From contig CP142729.1 in the NCBI GenBank assembly GCA_036630325.1, positions 1,054,001 through 1,118,000 on the forward strand: a DNA stretch of 64,000 nt, in the 5' to 3' direction. Made by a program: the position numbers and the translations under genes. Source of the stretch: Vairimorpha necatrix. Taxonomy: Eukaryota. Below, in pieces: positions 1 to 14,222 of the stretch (the stretch's first letter is position 1; every line of letters begins with the position of its first letter). A model generated the notes under the pieces. It did no database searches. It was given only the letters and a program-made list of their open reading frames with translations, and was not told where the DNA came from.

Positions 1-15
1 TTAAAAGGAATGCCT

Positions 16-263
16 ATTTGTAATTATATTTTTGATTCTATAAAATTAAGGACAAAGAAAATTAAATTTGTTTAAACTTCAACATATTGATTATTTACTT
101 TTTCCCCTTAGACATACCCATTGAATAATACCCACTTAATAAAAGGATTTTGTTAAAAATTTGCCAAAAATTTAAATTACTGAAAATGAGTTTTATTATT
201 TATTTGTTTATATGTTTTAAAGAGTCGCACTCAGACAGGAGAAGTTTAAAATATGAATGTATG
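16..263. repeat. Dispersed direct repeat, copy 1 (copy 2 at ~3010-3259)
   Basis: Shared blocks such as tttgtttaaacttcaacatattgattatttac and cttaataaaagga..ttgttaaaaatttg are colinear over ~250 bp. Confidence 0.85.
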
Positions 264-715
264 ATTTTTACAAAAAGAAAATACCATATGAATAGATGTA
301 AATTTAGGGACGACTTTGTAATAAAATTCATAAAATAAATTTTAAACAAGTTTATTTTTACACACTTGATTTTTTTATATCAGATTATTGTTCTCAAATT
401 CAATTGTTTTTCTCTTGTATCTTTCAATTAGATAATCTAGCGACTTAAAGAATATATACAAAAAATACGTAGAATCCTACGTTGTTTCTATTTAGATATA
501 TTATCCGACATCTTTGACTAAAGAGTAATATTATTTATTTGTCAAACACATCAATGAACTTTCTAAAAAATAATTTTTTTTAGCCCCTGCTTTTCGATTG
601 GAAAAGGACAAAATAAAATAATTGCTATAAAAATTACAAACGACGACTATTAACCATAGTACTGGTTAATAAATACCAAATGTTCATAAAGACACCTAAT
701 TGACCGCTCTTTATT

Positions 716-1395
716 ATGAAGGAAGCCAATTACTTACAAATGGAAATGGCATTCGAAAAAAGTAAGAAGGTTTGAAGCCATAGAAACAAGATAAATCTAA
801 ACATGTGGGAGTCCACTAAATGTTGTAATGAAGCATTATTGGTCAACCCCAAGAACATTATTTCTCTAACGTTCTTGGGAAATGCTTCTTGCAACAGGAC
901 AATTTAGAATTGACAAAAGAGATAGTAGATAAAATTAGATCCATGGACCCGAAACAAAGATGTGCCACTATTTTAGAAAGGCATATTTTTTTAGAGAGAG
1001 GTCGTAACGTAGAAGCCTACGATGATTTTTTATCGTATTTATATGCATCATCGTATTATTTATTCTTCTTGTACAGTCTAGGATAAATTTACGATCTATA
1101 AAAATTTTGAATGGGGCGGGAGTGGTTTACCCCAATCCTATCTGCCGACTTGGAACTCCCAAAAGTACTCGAAATTATGTACTGAATTTGGATCTGTTAC
1201 AAAAAGGAGAGTAAATTTACAGATGCGCTTGGAGTTTTCAAATTTTTAGGACCATTAGTAAAGTTTGATTTTTATAAAGATGATGTTAACCTTCAGATTG
1301 CGCATATCTATGAGATCACAGAGAACACAGAAATGTGTTCAAAGATCTCAAATAAATTTATGATTCATAGCAAGCAAAATAATTCTTTATTCTAG
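716..1395 (+). pseudogene. TPR-protein pseudogene, Ssn6/Cyc8-like
   Basis: Reading ORF 889-1086 through its stops gives FLYSLG*IYDL*KF*MGREWFTPILSADLELPKVLEIMY*IWICYKKESKFTDALGVFKFL...DVNLQIAHIYE, the TPR pattern of Ssn6/Cyc8. Multiple in-frame stops. Confidence 0.55.
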
Positions 1396-2122
1396 ATTAT
1401 ACAACTAGCTCAATCTTAAAGAAAAAATCCCGAAGCAATATAATTTATTTATTAAGCTATTAAGGTGGTTTTTTATCTAATTTGCCTCAACTGCCGCGTA
1501 CTCTATCTGGTCGCACCACCTTCTAGCTCCTCTACTATGTACTTATTCCAGATCCTCCTTCCCGAGTCCTGCCGGTTTCAAAGGAGATGCTCTCTGTTGC
1601 CTTCTTTATAAATCTCATTTGGATGTAAGCTTCTGTACTATTTGATGGGCTGATAACGCTAATATAATTGCTATGGTATTTTGTCACAATTTCGGCTTAT
1701 GTTATGACGTATGGTAAATAAACTGACGCAATAAAAAATATTTAAAATGTAATAACGACCAGTTGCCATCTAACTCTCCTTTAAGATTGTTTTGAAGAAT
1801 TGGAGTGTTGCAATTGTGATCTTATAACGAAGTTTTTGATCCATATATAATTTACATTGTAGTAAGAGTTATGGCTAAAGAAGTTTTGTATGAAGAAGCG
1901 CGTAATATTTATTTGCTCTGTTTTGACACCGATCCCGCCTTGTATATATCTTACAATTTGACAGAGTGTCTGAAGAATTTTGGAATACAAACAACTATGA
2001 CAAGCATAGAAACTGTTTCAACTGGAGCAAATTAAAAAGCTAATTTTGAAAGGCTCTTAATAAAAAAAATGTAGATTATATGATTTCCAAATTGATCCGT
2101 TTTTAATGGTAAAAATTCTAAA

Positions 2123-2883
2123 GGTGCGGTTAGGCAGTAGTATAATGTGATGCTCCAATTCAAAATTGTCTTTGTTTGAATCCCCGGGGGCACCGAAATT
2201 GATTCTCTTTTCTATGATGCAGTTGAAACAACTCAGACGCCTTTAATATTTAGGAATATCATTAAATTGATTCAATGAAACTTGTATGTGCCCAGCAAAG
2301 AGATAATTAATATATAGAGTAGAAACGCATCTCAGGGCCAGAAACATTATCACCCTCGTTGACTAAGTATTACATAAAAGTGCATGATTGATACGAGCTA
2401 TTTGGACTTATGGCCAATACACTCAAGAGTAAAAATCTAGAGCTACTAAGAAATTAGACGAAATGAGGCAATCGAAGCTCTAATAGTTTCTATTCTAATG
2501 TTCTGTAACGCGATGGCCGTATCTAGTGTACGTTTTGGATCAAAGCAGCACAATTAAAATGTTGAGCTAGTGATGTAGTGGTGTAAGTAGTCGCAAGTGT
2601 GATTTGGATGAATGAAAAGACCTTTGATTTAGTACAATGATGTCTCCTCTCGGGTTCATAAACTCATGGCCTTAAGAATATCCGCTGTGAAATCACTTTC
2701 GACGTTATTTAAGGTATATTTTAAAATATTCTCTTGTTCCGTAGTCCATGAATACGGCGTGGCATCCTACACCGATAACTTTTTTGGTAAATTATAGTGA
2801 GTAAAAATCTCACTAAATCTGTTGAGATAAGGATCACACTTAAATACTTATGATCCCTACGCCTTACTTGCAAAGAAAAAAAA
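2123..2883 (+). mobile_element. tRNA-derived SINE, full-length degenerate copy
   Basis: Decayed tRNA head (ggtgc...gaatccccgggggcacc), body colinear with the reverse complement of 26350-27138, tail tagtgagtaaaaatctcac...ttacttgcaaagaaaaaaaa. Confidence 0.85.
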
Positions 2884-3009
2884 TTAACAAAAATTTTTAC
2901 GAACAAAGATCGGATTTTAATTCTACATAAAAACTTTTTTAATTATTTACTTATTTTGAATAAAATCAAACTGTATGAAGCATTGGTTAAATATAAGAAG
3001 AAGAACATC

Positions 3010-3259
3010 TGTTCGTAATTATATTTGTGACTCTGGATATTTAAGGACAAAAAAAATAATATTTGTTTAAACTTCAACATATTGATTATTTACCTTTTCT
3101 CCTTAGACATACCCTTTGAATATAAAACCCTCTTAATAAAAGGAATTTGTTAAAAATTTGTCAAAAATTTACATTACTGAGAATGAGTTTTATGTTTATT
3201 AGTTCATATGTTTTAAAAAGATATACTCTGACAGGAAGAGTTTAAAAAATTAATGTATG
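3010..3259. repeat. Dispersed direct repeat, copy 2; ends at an LTR insertion
   Basis: Colinear with 16-263. Confidence 0.85.
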
Positions 3260-6200
3260 TTAGTCTCTTTATTCATGAGAGTTTTAAACCCAACATCACC
3301 TACTCGAGACGGTTAGTCCTATTACCATAATTCCTTTAAGATCATAATGTCTCTTTTTAAGAATCCCATCCTTAAATTTTACTAAATAAGAATCTTCCCC
3401 ACAATTTTCAAGAATAACGCCTTTTCTGTCGAATCTAGTACTTATTTGATTGGTAACATTGCCAAGATTTTCTCTCTTCGCAATTCTTACAGCCTGGTCA
3501 CTGAAAACTTTTATCTCGCCCTTTTGATAGGTTTTTGGCATAGTCCATCATCCGAGTTTTCACACTTTACCTCTAAATGTTTATTGCTTTCGTTACAGCC
3601 TCCAAGGGGGTACACTTAAGTCCGCTATGATACGTGCTATTGTACATCACCGTTGTCTTATTCACTGTAGCTTCAGTGTCATCCATACGCCGATTAAATA
3701 CGCTTTCCTGTATCGTTCTTATCGCCTTTTCGATACGGCCGTTGTTTCTATGAACTTCCATGCTAAGTTTCCTATGCTCAATCTATTTTCTGAAACACCA
3801 CTTCCCAAAGTCTTCTCCTACAAACTCTTTGGGGTTATCGCTTATAATCATTTCACGAGTTATCTCCCTCTTTAAACCAATCCTGTAGAGCACTAATAAT
3901 CATCTTTGTACTTTTATCTTTTATAACACTAGCATACAAATATCAAGTACAATAGTCAATTCCTATCAAAACCAATTTTCGAGGGTCAACAACCTTCATG
4001 ATATCAATTGCAAATTTCTCGCCTTTATAACTCGATATAACATAATCAACACCGCCCTTATTCTTCCTATTGCCTATCTGACACATCACGCATGCTCTTA
4101 TTTCACAAATTGCTTGATCTTTTATTCCCGGCCGAAAACAATGTTTCTTTAGTTCATAATATGTTCCTTTTACCCCTCTATGGTATAACCCATCATGTAT
4201 GTCCTTTGTAATTTTTGATCTCTCTTCTAATTTTGGGATTTCCCTTTGTAATCCTCTATCAAATTCCCAAACTCTTTATTATCTGTTGAAAGTATAACAT
4301 GTCAAATGTCATACAATTATTTATCAAATGACATTCGACACAAGATATTTGACATGTGACATTTGGACTATAAATTCAGTAAATAAATAACCCCATGTTT
4401 TCTAATTACAATTTTGCGTACAACATTATCTCTGATCACTGTGTGTTTTTCAATTTTTCATTTCATTTGTGCAGTAACTTTTTTCTTTAGTAAAAATTCA
4501 GGGTCAAGGATACATTAGACACCCCCTTTTTAAGCGCTTCGAATTTTTTTTCGAACCACAAAATTGAAGTGCAAAAAAAAGGAGCAAGAAAATGACAAAA
4601 ATTTCTTATTACTTTAAACATTAAAAATACAAAATATTAATTTCAACCGACTTAAAATTAAATTTATAACCCAGATATGTTTGACAAAATAATTTCTTAC
4701 GATAATTTTGAAGGTTTGTAAAGATATTCTTCTTCTAAAAGTAAACATATTGAGAAATAGATTTACATCTTTTTCAGTCCGATATCTTGCAGGAATCGCT
4801 CTTTTTATACCAGCCCATGTTCCTTCAATTGTGTTAGTATGAACACTATTCTCTGGATTTATAAAACTAAGGGAATGGTTTACGGTATGGCGTTCGTATA
4901 TGCCTAAGTGATTTTAATTCATATACCCTCTCCAATAATCAGTATATAAAATACTTCCGGGATGTACATATTCTTTTATGAATCTTTCGAGAGTCACGGC
5001 TTTTCTATTTCTAACTTTAAGTAAGACTAAACCTCGTTCTGTCGTCCTTTCCACCATCCCAAGAACCCATACGCCGTCAACTTTGTGGCCTTCGTTGTAT
5101 TTTCTCTTTCCAAATTTAGATTCATCAATCTCTACAATTATACCTAGCCCTCGTGTTTTTTTGTTACCAGGTATATGCTTACTAAAGTTTTTGATACATC
5201 TATAATTTGTTTTTCGATTAATACTTTGATTTTTTTAATTGTTTTTCGATTAAAACTATGAATTTTTTTAATTGTTTTTATGGCCGTATTTTCAACAAAA
5301 AGAAATATGACCTGACATATTATCAGCCATGGCAATTTAGATCCATGAAAAGGTTTCTTTTTTGTTGTACATCTCATTTGATTTTGTATTTCTATACCTT
5401 TGTGTACATTCCCACTAAAAGTATACAAAACCTTGAATTTAAAGTAGATTTTAAAATTTTCTCAACGTCCTTGTAGATTTTTTCATCTTTATGAGGGAAA
5501 AAAATAAAAATTATCATAAAATAAATGAATTTAAATTTAGTTTAAATCCTTAAGTATACACTTTTTATTTTTAGATCTTGGTTTAAAATTTAATTTTAGG
5601 CCGTCTATATTATTATTTTGTATTTTTAATGTTTAAAGAGGCAAGAAATTTTGTCCCTTTCTTGTCCTCTTTTTTTTGCACTTCAATTTTGGAGTTCGAA
5701 AAAAAAATCGAAGCGCTTCAAAGGGGGGGGGGGTATAATGTACCCACCTCCAAAGATTTTTTTTTATCATCTTGATATTGTCTACTTAAAGCGCCCGCAT
5801 CAGCCATTAATTCACCTTTTACATATTGCACGTTGAAGCCTTACTCCTGTATTCTTATAATCCACCGATTCACCTTGTTATAAATATTGAAGGGGTTGTT
5901 TCTGATTTCTTCCAAGGCTTTATGGTCCGTCAAAACTCAAATTTCTTTCCTCTCAACTCGTAAAAAACCTTTTCTATGCACAATAAAACCGCTAACATCT
6001 TCTTTTCAGTTATAGCATATCTTCTCCTTGTTGGTGTAATTTTTTTTTGAGGCCCATTGTATAGGCATCCACATCCATTCTTTATTTTTCTGTAAGGACT
6101 ACCCCCAGGCCCGTATCCGACGCATCTGTACGTAACCTAAATTCTTTACTATAGTCTGGTATCTTTGGTGGCTGTAAATTGCTTAACTCTTGTTTTACTA

Positions 6201-7920
6201 AAATCATTTCTCTCATTATGTCGGTCCACTTCCATTTTCTGCTAGTTTTTAAAGCCTCAAATAGGTTTAATGTTATTGTCGCAAAATTCTTAATAAATTC
6301 TCTAAACCAGCCGGCTACCCCCCAAAATATCCGCAATTCTCTCACTCACTCCGGCCACTTATATTCTAACGCTTTATTTCTCGTCATTTCTGAAGGCTTT
6401 TTTTTACTACCATCGATTGACACTCACAATAAATTAACTTCTCCTTTCTTATATGTATATCTTTAGGATTAACCTTGAGACGTGCGTTTAACTTTTCAAC
6501 ACACCCAAAAATAACTCGTCGTGTCGCTCGCCATCTTTAGCGTGAATAACTATATTGTCTAAATATACCTCCACGCCCTTTCTTCTAAAATTCTCAAAAA
6601 TCCCATCCATTGTTTTCTGCATTATCTATGGTGCGTTCTTAAATCCCATCACAATGCTGTTCCACTCGTACACATTCCCATCAAATTCAAACGCTGTTTT
6701 ATATCTGTGTTTCTCTTCAATTGCTATGTGGTAGAACCAATCTTTAAGATCAATCACATTAAATACCGAGAATCTTTAAGGTGCTGAATAATGTCTCTTA
6801 TTGTGGGTAACATATAAGGGTCTTTTTCAACCAATCAATTAACCCCATAAGATTCCTCACAATTCGTATCCCGCCACTATTAGGCTTCTCAATCGCTCGT
6901 ATCGGACTTTTCCAATCAGAATAATAATTCCTTATCACTACTCTGCTTTAAAAATTTGGAAAGTTTCTTTCGTCTCTTCTTTTGCACTCCGAGAAAATAT
7001 TTGGCCTCTTCTCACGACCTTAGCAACTTAGGTATCCTTCTAAAACATTTTACTTCAGTGAGACGCTATCTTTTCCTCTGATAAGTTTATTACATCTGCA
7101 AACTGATCTGCAATTTCCTCTGATTGTAAGCTATTTTGTCTCTTTTAATATTATAATCAAAAATTTTTACACTCCTAAACCACAGACATATTTGTCTTGC
7201 TTCCATAATTAAGTCCTTCCTACTATTATCAGTAGAATTGCTAATCATATCTTACCTCTCCGAGCCTCTCCTTGTATTTTCTCTTCCACCCACTGATGGT
7301 ATTTATAATTTATAATCGTTTTCCTCCATAAATTATTCTTGTATGACACGTTATTATCATAAATACCAATACGGAAAATTTTATTCACATCTTCTTCTTT
7401 ATGTTTTTATATACGCATCACACAGCCTCTAGCTATATGTCCTACTTTTCCACATACGAAACATATCTTCTTTTCTTTTACATTGATATTGTTTTCCTGG
7501 AGTTGCTACTCTTCTTACCAGTTTCCATTTGATCTCATTTCTTAAGTTTTCTTTAATACCTTTGACTAACTCTTCCAATTCTTTCTTCCTCAATTTTTCT
7601 TTTTCTTCTTTTTCTTCTTTCTCTTTTTTCTCTTCTTAATTTTTAACCAACTTACCGATTTCCTCAATTATTTCACTCCAACTATTTAAATTTACTAAAT
7701 TTTCTTCTATGGCAAATCCTGCAGTTCGACACTTCCTTGTCCTAATGCCTGTTTTGAAGATACTTCTTATACCTCTTCCATTATTCTCGTCATTGCTCCT
7801 ATTCTTTTCGCCTCTTTATACAAGTTTCTGGCCACTTGACCACGGTTCTCACTTGTTACCCCCTTTTCTCTTGTGTTCGCCATAAAAGTCTTTTTATATA
7901 TAAAGGTTTTAACCCCAACA
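3258..7920 (-). mobile_element. Degenerate Ty3/Gypsy LTR retrotransposon (short-LTR lineage, no protease seen), interrupted by a Merlin
   Basis: 3' LTR 3258-3295 (TG...CA, 38 bp), diverged 5' LTR ~7884-7920, then TGGCGAACAC; gag knuckle CFVCGKVGHIARGC; RT fragments; RNase H RTDASDTGLG (6082-6345); integrase fragments (3296-4260). Confidence 0.85.
4502..5751 (-). mobile_element. Merlin (IS1016/ISXO2-like DDE) DNA transposon with ~175-bp TIRs, transposase broken
   Basis: TIRs ~4502-4677 and ~5573-5751 begin with GG. Minus strand reads VEIDESKFGKRKYNEG..WVLGMVER..LYTDYWRGY..HTVNHS..HTNTIEGTW. Confidence 0.9.
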
Positions 7921-8954
7921 AATAATAAATAAAAACTATATAAATTATATTCATATATAATATCAAAATTGATTTAGTCTTTTTTGCTAGACACAGAGAG
8001 TTGTTAAATACAATTTTTAATCATCCTATGATTTCGTTTTATATTTTTGAAAATATGTGCGGTTAATTTAGATTCTCCAATGTTCTGCTTTTTTTGCACA
8101 TCATTTTCGGGTATAAAAATAAAATGAACGATTTCTGTGGCATAGTTTGGCATCTCAACTTCGAAAGATCATTATACAATGATCAGGAAAATGCAATACT
8201 TTATAAGAATTAACAATTTTCATCCTCAAAGTAAATTTATAAAATTGAAAAGAAAATTAATTTTGAACATACAATTTTTAACTGCCAATAAGGCGCTATA
8301 AATATGTTACATTTTTAATTTATAAATTTTCCCTTTTTGGAAATGGACCATTCGACCGGCCTATTCCAAAAATAAACTATTTATTTATTCTCAACCCTTA
8401 CCCTCAAAACATCACGAGTAACAGACACGAAACAATCAATACCCTTAGGACTCAAGACCAAGGTGGTCTTACGGCCAGATACCCGGCACAATATTAGAAA
8501 GGAAGATATTCACAAAATAAATATAGAAACATATGGGTATATACAGTTTTGTTCGGCCTGAGCTAGCTCCTCTGAACCGAATATTCACTTATAGACCTAT
8601 TTATTTGTTGAATAAAAATTTAGCATATAAATCGTTTTTTATTTATTAATGTCTATCCAAAAAAACGAAGATGAAAAATTGAGGTATCTCACAAGTAATT
8701 CATTTTTTTTGTTCTTTGTTTGTTTGATCTGAACGAATTGTTTACAAACAAACAAAGAAAACTATAAATATAAATTTTGCCCTTACCCAGACCAAAAGAA
8801 ATACAGACTAACGATGAATATGAGAAAACAAAGAAAAAACATTGTAAATATTAAAAATTAGTTTAAACGACCACGACAACATGCTGGAGCATTTTTACCA
8901 GCATGGAAACGTCAAAAATTTGAGAAGCTTTTGGGGGTCTGTTAAATATTCTAC

Positions 8955-9040
8955 AAGAGAAACTGTTTGCGTAGAAGTGTTTATTCTACAAATATCCAAA
9001 TTCCTGTAAGATAAACACTTCTACGCAAACATTTTATCTT
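8955..9040. repeat. Inverted repeat / hairpin
   Basis: tgtttgcgtagaagtgtttat (8964-8984) is the exact reverse complement of 9011-9031, with imperfect extension on both sides. Confidence 0.85.
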
Positions 9041-11078
9041 CATAAACTATTAAACAACATCGCATCGATACTAAATTTAAGCACTTGTTCGATTGATGAC
9101 TGGTTTGTAAATGAGTGAAAGTTGAGTTTACGACAAGCTACAACGAATAAATTATTCGTAATAATCACGGCAAAAGAGCTACTGAAAATATACAATGATG
9201 CATTGTATATTATATTTACAATAAGGCGGAAGATTTTTGCTGCTATACACACTTCCTGTATCCGATCTGAAATCTTCCATGAGCTTTTAACAATTATAAA
9301 AAAATCAAATCCTTAGTTTGTTCTTACTCTATAATCCTTTATATTGCATAACACAAATATACCCTTTAATTGTCAATATAAAAATTAAAAGAGCGTTTTT
9401 ATATTTGTTTATATTCAATAGAAGTGTTATATAATGCAAAAACTATCTTTTTAAAAGTTTTTTAGAATAAAGGCACGCCTTCTTACAAAACGGGGACCTT
9501 TTTAGAATGTTCGTATCAGGCCATTTATATCTTAGTATTTTGTATTTACTAGATACATTATTTAATCTTAATATATAGGAAACCTTAAGATAACTTCCTT
9601 TGGAAAAAAATTCGCATAGTAATTCTTGTAAATAAACTCTTCAGACATATAAAATTTAGTATCCCCAATTCTTATAAAGTTTGAAACTAAATTCTTCAAT
9701 GTTCTCATTTTTTTATCTGCATCATATTTGCACGAGGATATTCTTAAAAATTACCTTTGGTATAAGTTAGTATCCGCTAAATTTAGGCACACTCAAGTCC
9801 CATGTAGTATCTTTTTTTGTTTTTTGGCAGTCTCTGTTGACGGATCCTTAAATTATTTTTGTTGATTTTCGCATAACTCGAGAATGTATCTCCGAGTAAA
9901 TGACATTGTATTTAATTATTGTATTTATATTTAAGTTATAGACATACGGACGATAAAATGAACAAGATGGCCTTAATTATGGAGCGTAGTTGTTCTTATG
10001 CTCCAAGTGAATTGTTGTTGAATAGTCTGCTCATGATATCGTCAAAGTTTAGCTTGAAAATCATTAATTTTATAATTAATGAAATATCACGCCATATGGA
10101 CAATTACCAAAAAAAGAAACACTATATAGAAAAAAAAAGAAGTGGTATTTATAATACGATATCATTAAACATATGTGTTATTTTTTTCTAGCGGTTATTT
10201 CTACTTTGCAGTTTTTGTAATATAACTTAATCAAAAAAAATTGTTCAATGTTCAAATTTAAATTTTAACCCCAAATGTCGGGTTTAGATTCTCTGCAGAT
10301 ATTTGACAGTCTTTCAGCTAACTTAACTTTAGCACAGATATTTTAGAATTTACTATTCTTGTACCTTTGTTGTTGGACAATTCAAATCCAGTTTTCGACT
10401 TGGCTTGTATCAGTTACCTTTGTCAAACTGTTTTGTCTTTGGATTAATTAAGTCAATCACTTTCTCTTGCAGGACCTATTTGTACGCATAAAAAAATCCG
10501 TTACACATCTTTCATTGTATTTCTGGCACATATGCCGTTTTTAAATTCATTTTCGAACTGCTGTATAAAACCTTCTTCTTATATATTCTATCTAGAAAGT
10601 GAAATACATAATAACCACTTTGACACAACTTTCATGTCCTTTTATAGTTTTTTCGAATATATCTTCTTCCATTGGTATGAAGCTAAATTACGTTATCAAA
10701 TGTCATAAATCTAGATGATATCTTTTTACATGCTTTATAACTGACTTATTCCCTCTGATTCTACGTTAATTAATGCCATTTCTTAATGTATGTGTGCAAA
10801 ATTTACTTGAAACACACTTTTGATCTTATATCATAATGGAGGTAATAAACCTTAATTATTCTTCTTGTATATAATATCTACTAAATACAGATTACAATTT
10901 GTCTATTCTTATTTTCTGTATTCAACTTCGAAAAAAAAACTTTTGTTTCTTTAAATAACAAGCCAAGAGAAGAAGAAGATTATGTAATTACAAGATAAAA
11001 CTATTCTCGCAGAGAAAATCTAAGACCCTCTCCATCAGAAAGATAAATTTAATTAAAGTATGGCTACTTGGTATGATA

Positions 11079-14000
11079 TGAATTTATTTTCCATTATAGG
11101 GTTAAAAAATATAAAAATATAAAACATCCCCCCAAGACGGTTAGTCTCCTACGTCATCATCAACCCTAAGCAGATTTTTTATGTCATAATGCCCATTCTT
11201 TACTAATCGTCCATTCATTAATTTCAATATATAAGAATTCCCTGTTCAAACAATCCTAATCGTCCCAATATCCAAAAACCTGCCCTTTTTATACTTATTG
11301 CACCTTTTAAATTTTCACTCTTTGCAACTTGCACTCTTCGTCCTTCACGAACTTTTCTCTATATATTTTTTTATATCGCTTGCTATAATCATCTTCTGAT
11401 TCATTTCTAAGCATTACATTGCCCGTATTATCTTTAACTGCCATAAATGGCGTGCATCTTAGACCTTCATGGTAACTATTATTATATATCTTGAGCGACT
11501 TATAACCCTTTATTCAGAGATATTTCTGGGATTAATTTCTCAAACCGATTCTCTCAACGTACCAATGGCTCTTCAACTCTTACATTACTTCTATGTGATT
11601 CAATACTGATCTTCCTGTGGGTTATATCCAACTTTCTGAATAACTCTTTAAATTCCTTATTTGCAAATTCTCTTCCCTTGTCAGATATGATTTCTTCTGG
11701 TCTTTTCCCATTACTACACAAATATTCTATAAATCCAGTTATCGAGGTAGCACGCTTATCTTTCAACACGCAACCCCACGCGACTTTCGTATAGTAATCA
11801 ATTTACATCGGTACAAATTTATTTTAAATTTCTATAATCAATTAGATCTATTGCCATCTTTTCTAGGTATCTACTTGTTGCAATAAAATCTCACCCCCTA
11901 ATTTTTTCGATTATATTTTTGGCACTCATCACATTCTTTTGTCATAATCTTTATATCTTCTTTATTTTTCGTCCAATAGTAGTTAAATTTTATAGCATAA
12001 TAGACACTTCCTAGTCCTCTGTGGGCCTGTTATTAGTGGGACCTCTTCATTAACTCTACCTATAAACTAATAAAAGGATTTCCGCCCTACGACCAGAATC
12101 AAATTCCAGTACTCTTTGTCCCCGACCTTCTCAACGTGCTTTAATCATTTTCCCGCTATCTGTTTCTCTGGTCTATGTCTAATCATTTCTCTCTTCGGTT
12201 CATTTTTCTCATGGATTCTGCTCAATGCATCACAACATGCATCTGATCGAGTTGCCTGTATTCAATCTCAAAATCGAACTCTTGAATCGTCTTTATCCAC
12301 CTGTTAATCTCATTATTATTAAAACATGGCTTTCTAATTACTTCTGCTAAAGCCTTATGAACAGTTTTAACCTTAAACCTTCTTCCTCTTAATTCATACT
12401 CATGCTTCATTTTGCTCCAATATACAGTATATATCTCTTTCTTGCTAATTCCGTATCTAGATTTAGTCAGGTTAAATTTCTTTGATGCCCATTGTACAGG
12501 CACTCATTTTTCTTGCATACATACAGCTCCCATACCAATATTACTCGCATCCGTTTTTTATAAAAATTCTTTCTCGTAATTAAAAATCCTCAATTTTCTC
12601 TTTTTCTTGAGCACTTTTTGCATATTCTCAAATTCAATATCCAACTCCTCAGTCCAATGTTAACTTTTGTTTTTCCCTCTTCGGCAATTTGTCATGTGAA
12701 TCGATTGCTCTGCGTAGTTCTTTATAAATTCTGTGAACTAACCACTTAATCCTAAAAAATCTTCTTACGTCCGTTTCATTTTGCGGCTTCGGGAACTCTA
12801 ATGCTTCATTCTTTTTTATCTTAAATGGCATCATATCCTATCCATTCAATGTTACTCCCAATAATTTAGCTTCTGATTGACAATGCTATATCTTCTTCGA
12901 GTTTAATCTCATGTTATGTTCTTCTAACAGCCTCATTGTCGCTAAGAACAATCTGTCGTGTTCTTTTCTGGTTTTGGCGTGAATCACAATATCATCCATG
13001 TAAACTTCTATACCTCTTTGCAAATATTTTCCGTAAATCTTATTCATAATCTTTTGCATGATCTGTGGCAAATTTTCAAACCCCATGACCATGCCGTTCC
13101 ACTCGTTTACTTTCTTATTAACTCAAACGCGGTCTTGTGCTTATCAGCTTTTTCTATCTCAACACCCATAAAGGCTTCTTTAAGGTCAATGACGCTCATA
13201 ATCTGTATGACTTGCGTAAACCTAATGATATCCCTGATGTTGCATAGCTCATATGATCCTTCTCTACTAAATCGTTCAGTGCGATAAGATTACCGAATAA
13301 ACATATGCTTCCATCCAGCTTAACTAAAGCGTTTATCGAATTCCTCCATTTAGAAGTTGATCTTTTAATCACATTTCTTTATTCTAAATTCTCAATAAGT
13401 TTCAGTAATTCGGTTTTATTCGCTTTGGAAATCATCTGTCGCTTCCTAACAACTTTTTTTCCTACTTCAATTTTAATTTTACATTTCTCTATTCTACAAT
13501 ACTTGATTCTTCCCTTGTTTTTCATCAATAACGTTGTAAATTTCTTCTTAAAATCTTCTAAAGTTAGCCCCTTCCTGCTGTCGTCTCAGAATTTCTCTTC
13601 TTGATCTCTTTTACTTTTCTTGATCGTTCCCATAGGGATACTACTATCTTTCTGTTTCTTTTGCCTATTACCAGCCCACGTATTCCTGTAATATCTTCCA
13701 TCGCAGCTGCTACTATCCTCTTGATATATCTTCTCCCATTCTTGTTTATTCCTCTCCTCTCTGTATCTATAATAACATCTATTACTTTTATGTCCTAACC
13801 TTTCACAAATAAAACATCTCACATACCGTCTCCTACGCTCTATCTTCCCTGTAGATATTTCGTTTGTCAACTTCTTTGTGACCTCTTCAATCATTCTAAA
13901 TTTTTCTTCTCCTTTCTTATTTTTTTATTAGTTTATTAACCTCTTTTTGTATTTCTTCAATAATTAAGGACCAGCTATTTTCCTATTTAATTCTTTCTAC

Positions 14001-14222
14001 AATAAAGTTCTTTACTTCTTCCAAACCCATTTCAAAAATTCTTGCCTTCATAAAGACACATATACTCCATCAAGCTCTAGCTTATAAACTTTTCTCTTAC
14101 TTTCTTGTAACATTTTCCTGGCCTTTTGACCACAGCTCATACTTGTTAACTCACTATTTGGCATCACACCCATGTATTTATTTTCCACAATTGGGGGTTC
14201 AGAAATATGAGAATATATAACA
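11079..14222 (-). mobile_element. Degenerate Ty3/Gypsy LTR retrotransposon, ~3.1 kb, 48-50 bp LTRs, no protease seen
   Basis: 5' LTR 14173-14222 followed by TGG; 3' LTR 11079-11126 preceded by a G-run PPT; knuckle CFICERLGHKSNRC; RT YMDD (12886-13092); RNase H; integrase ISDKGREF (11554-11769). Confidence 0.88.

Noticed and set aside
4290-4375. Small inverted repeat (acatgtcaaat / atttgacatgt) as a MITE
   Set aside because: Termini and TSD could not be defined.
9300-10980. Possible decayed host genes (also 24280-25320 and 51860-53400)
   Set aside because: Coding-like texture but many stops and no recognisable motif; cannot be called without a search.
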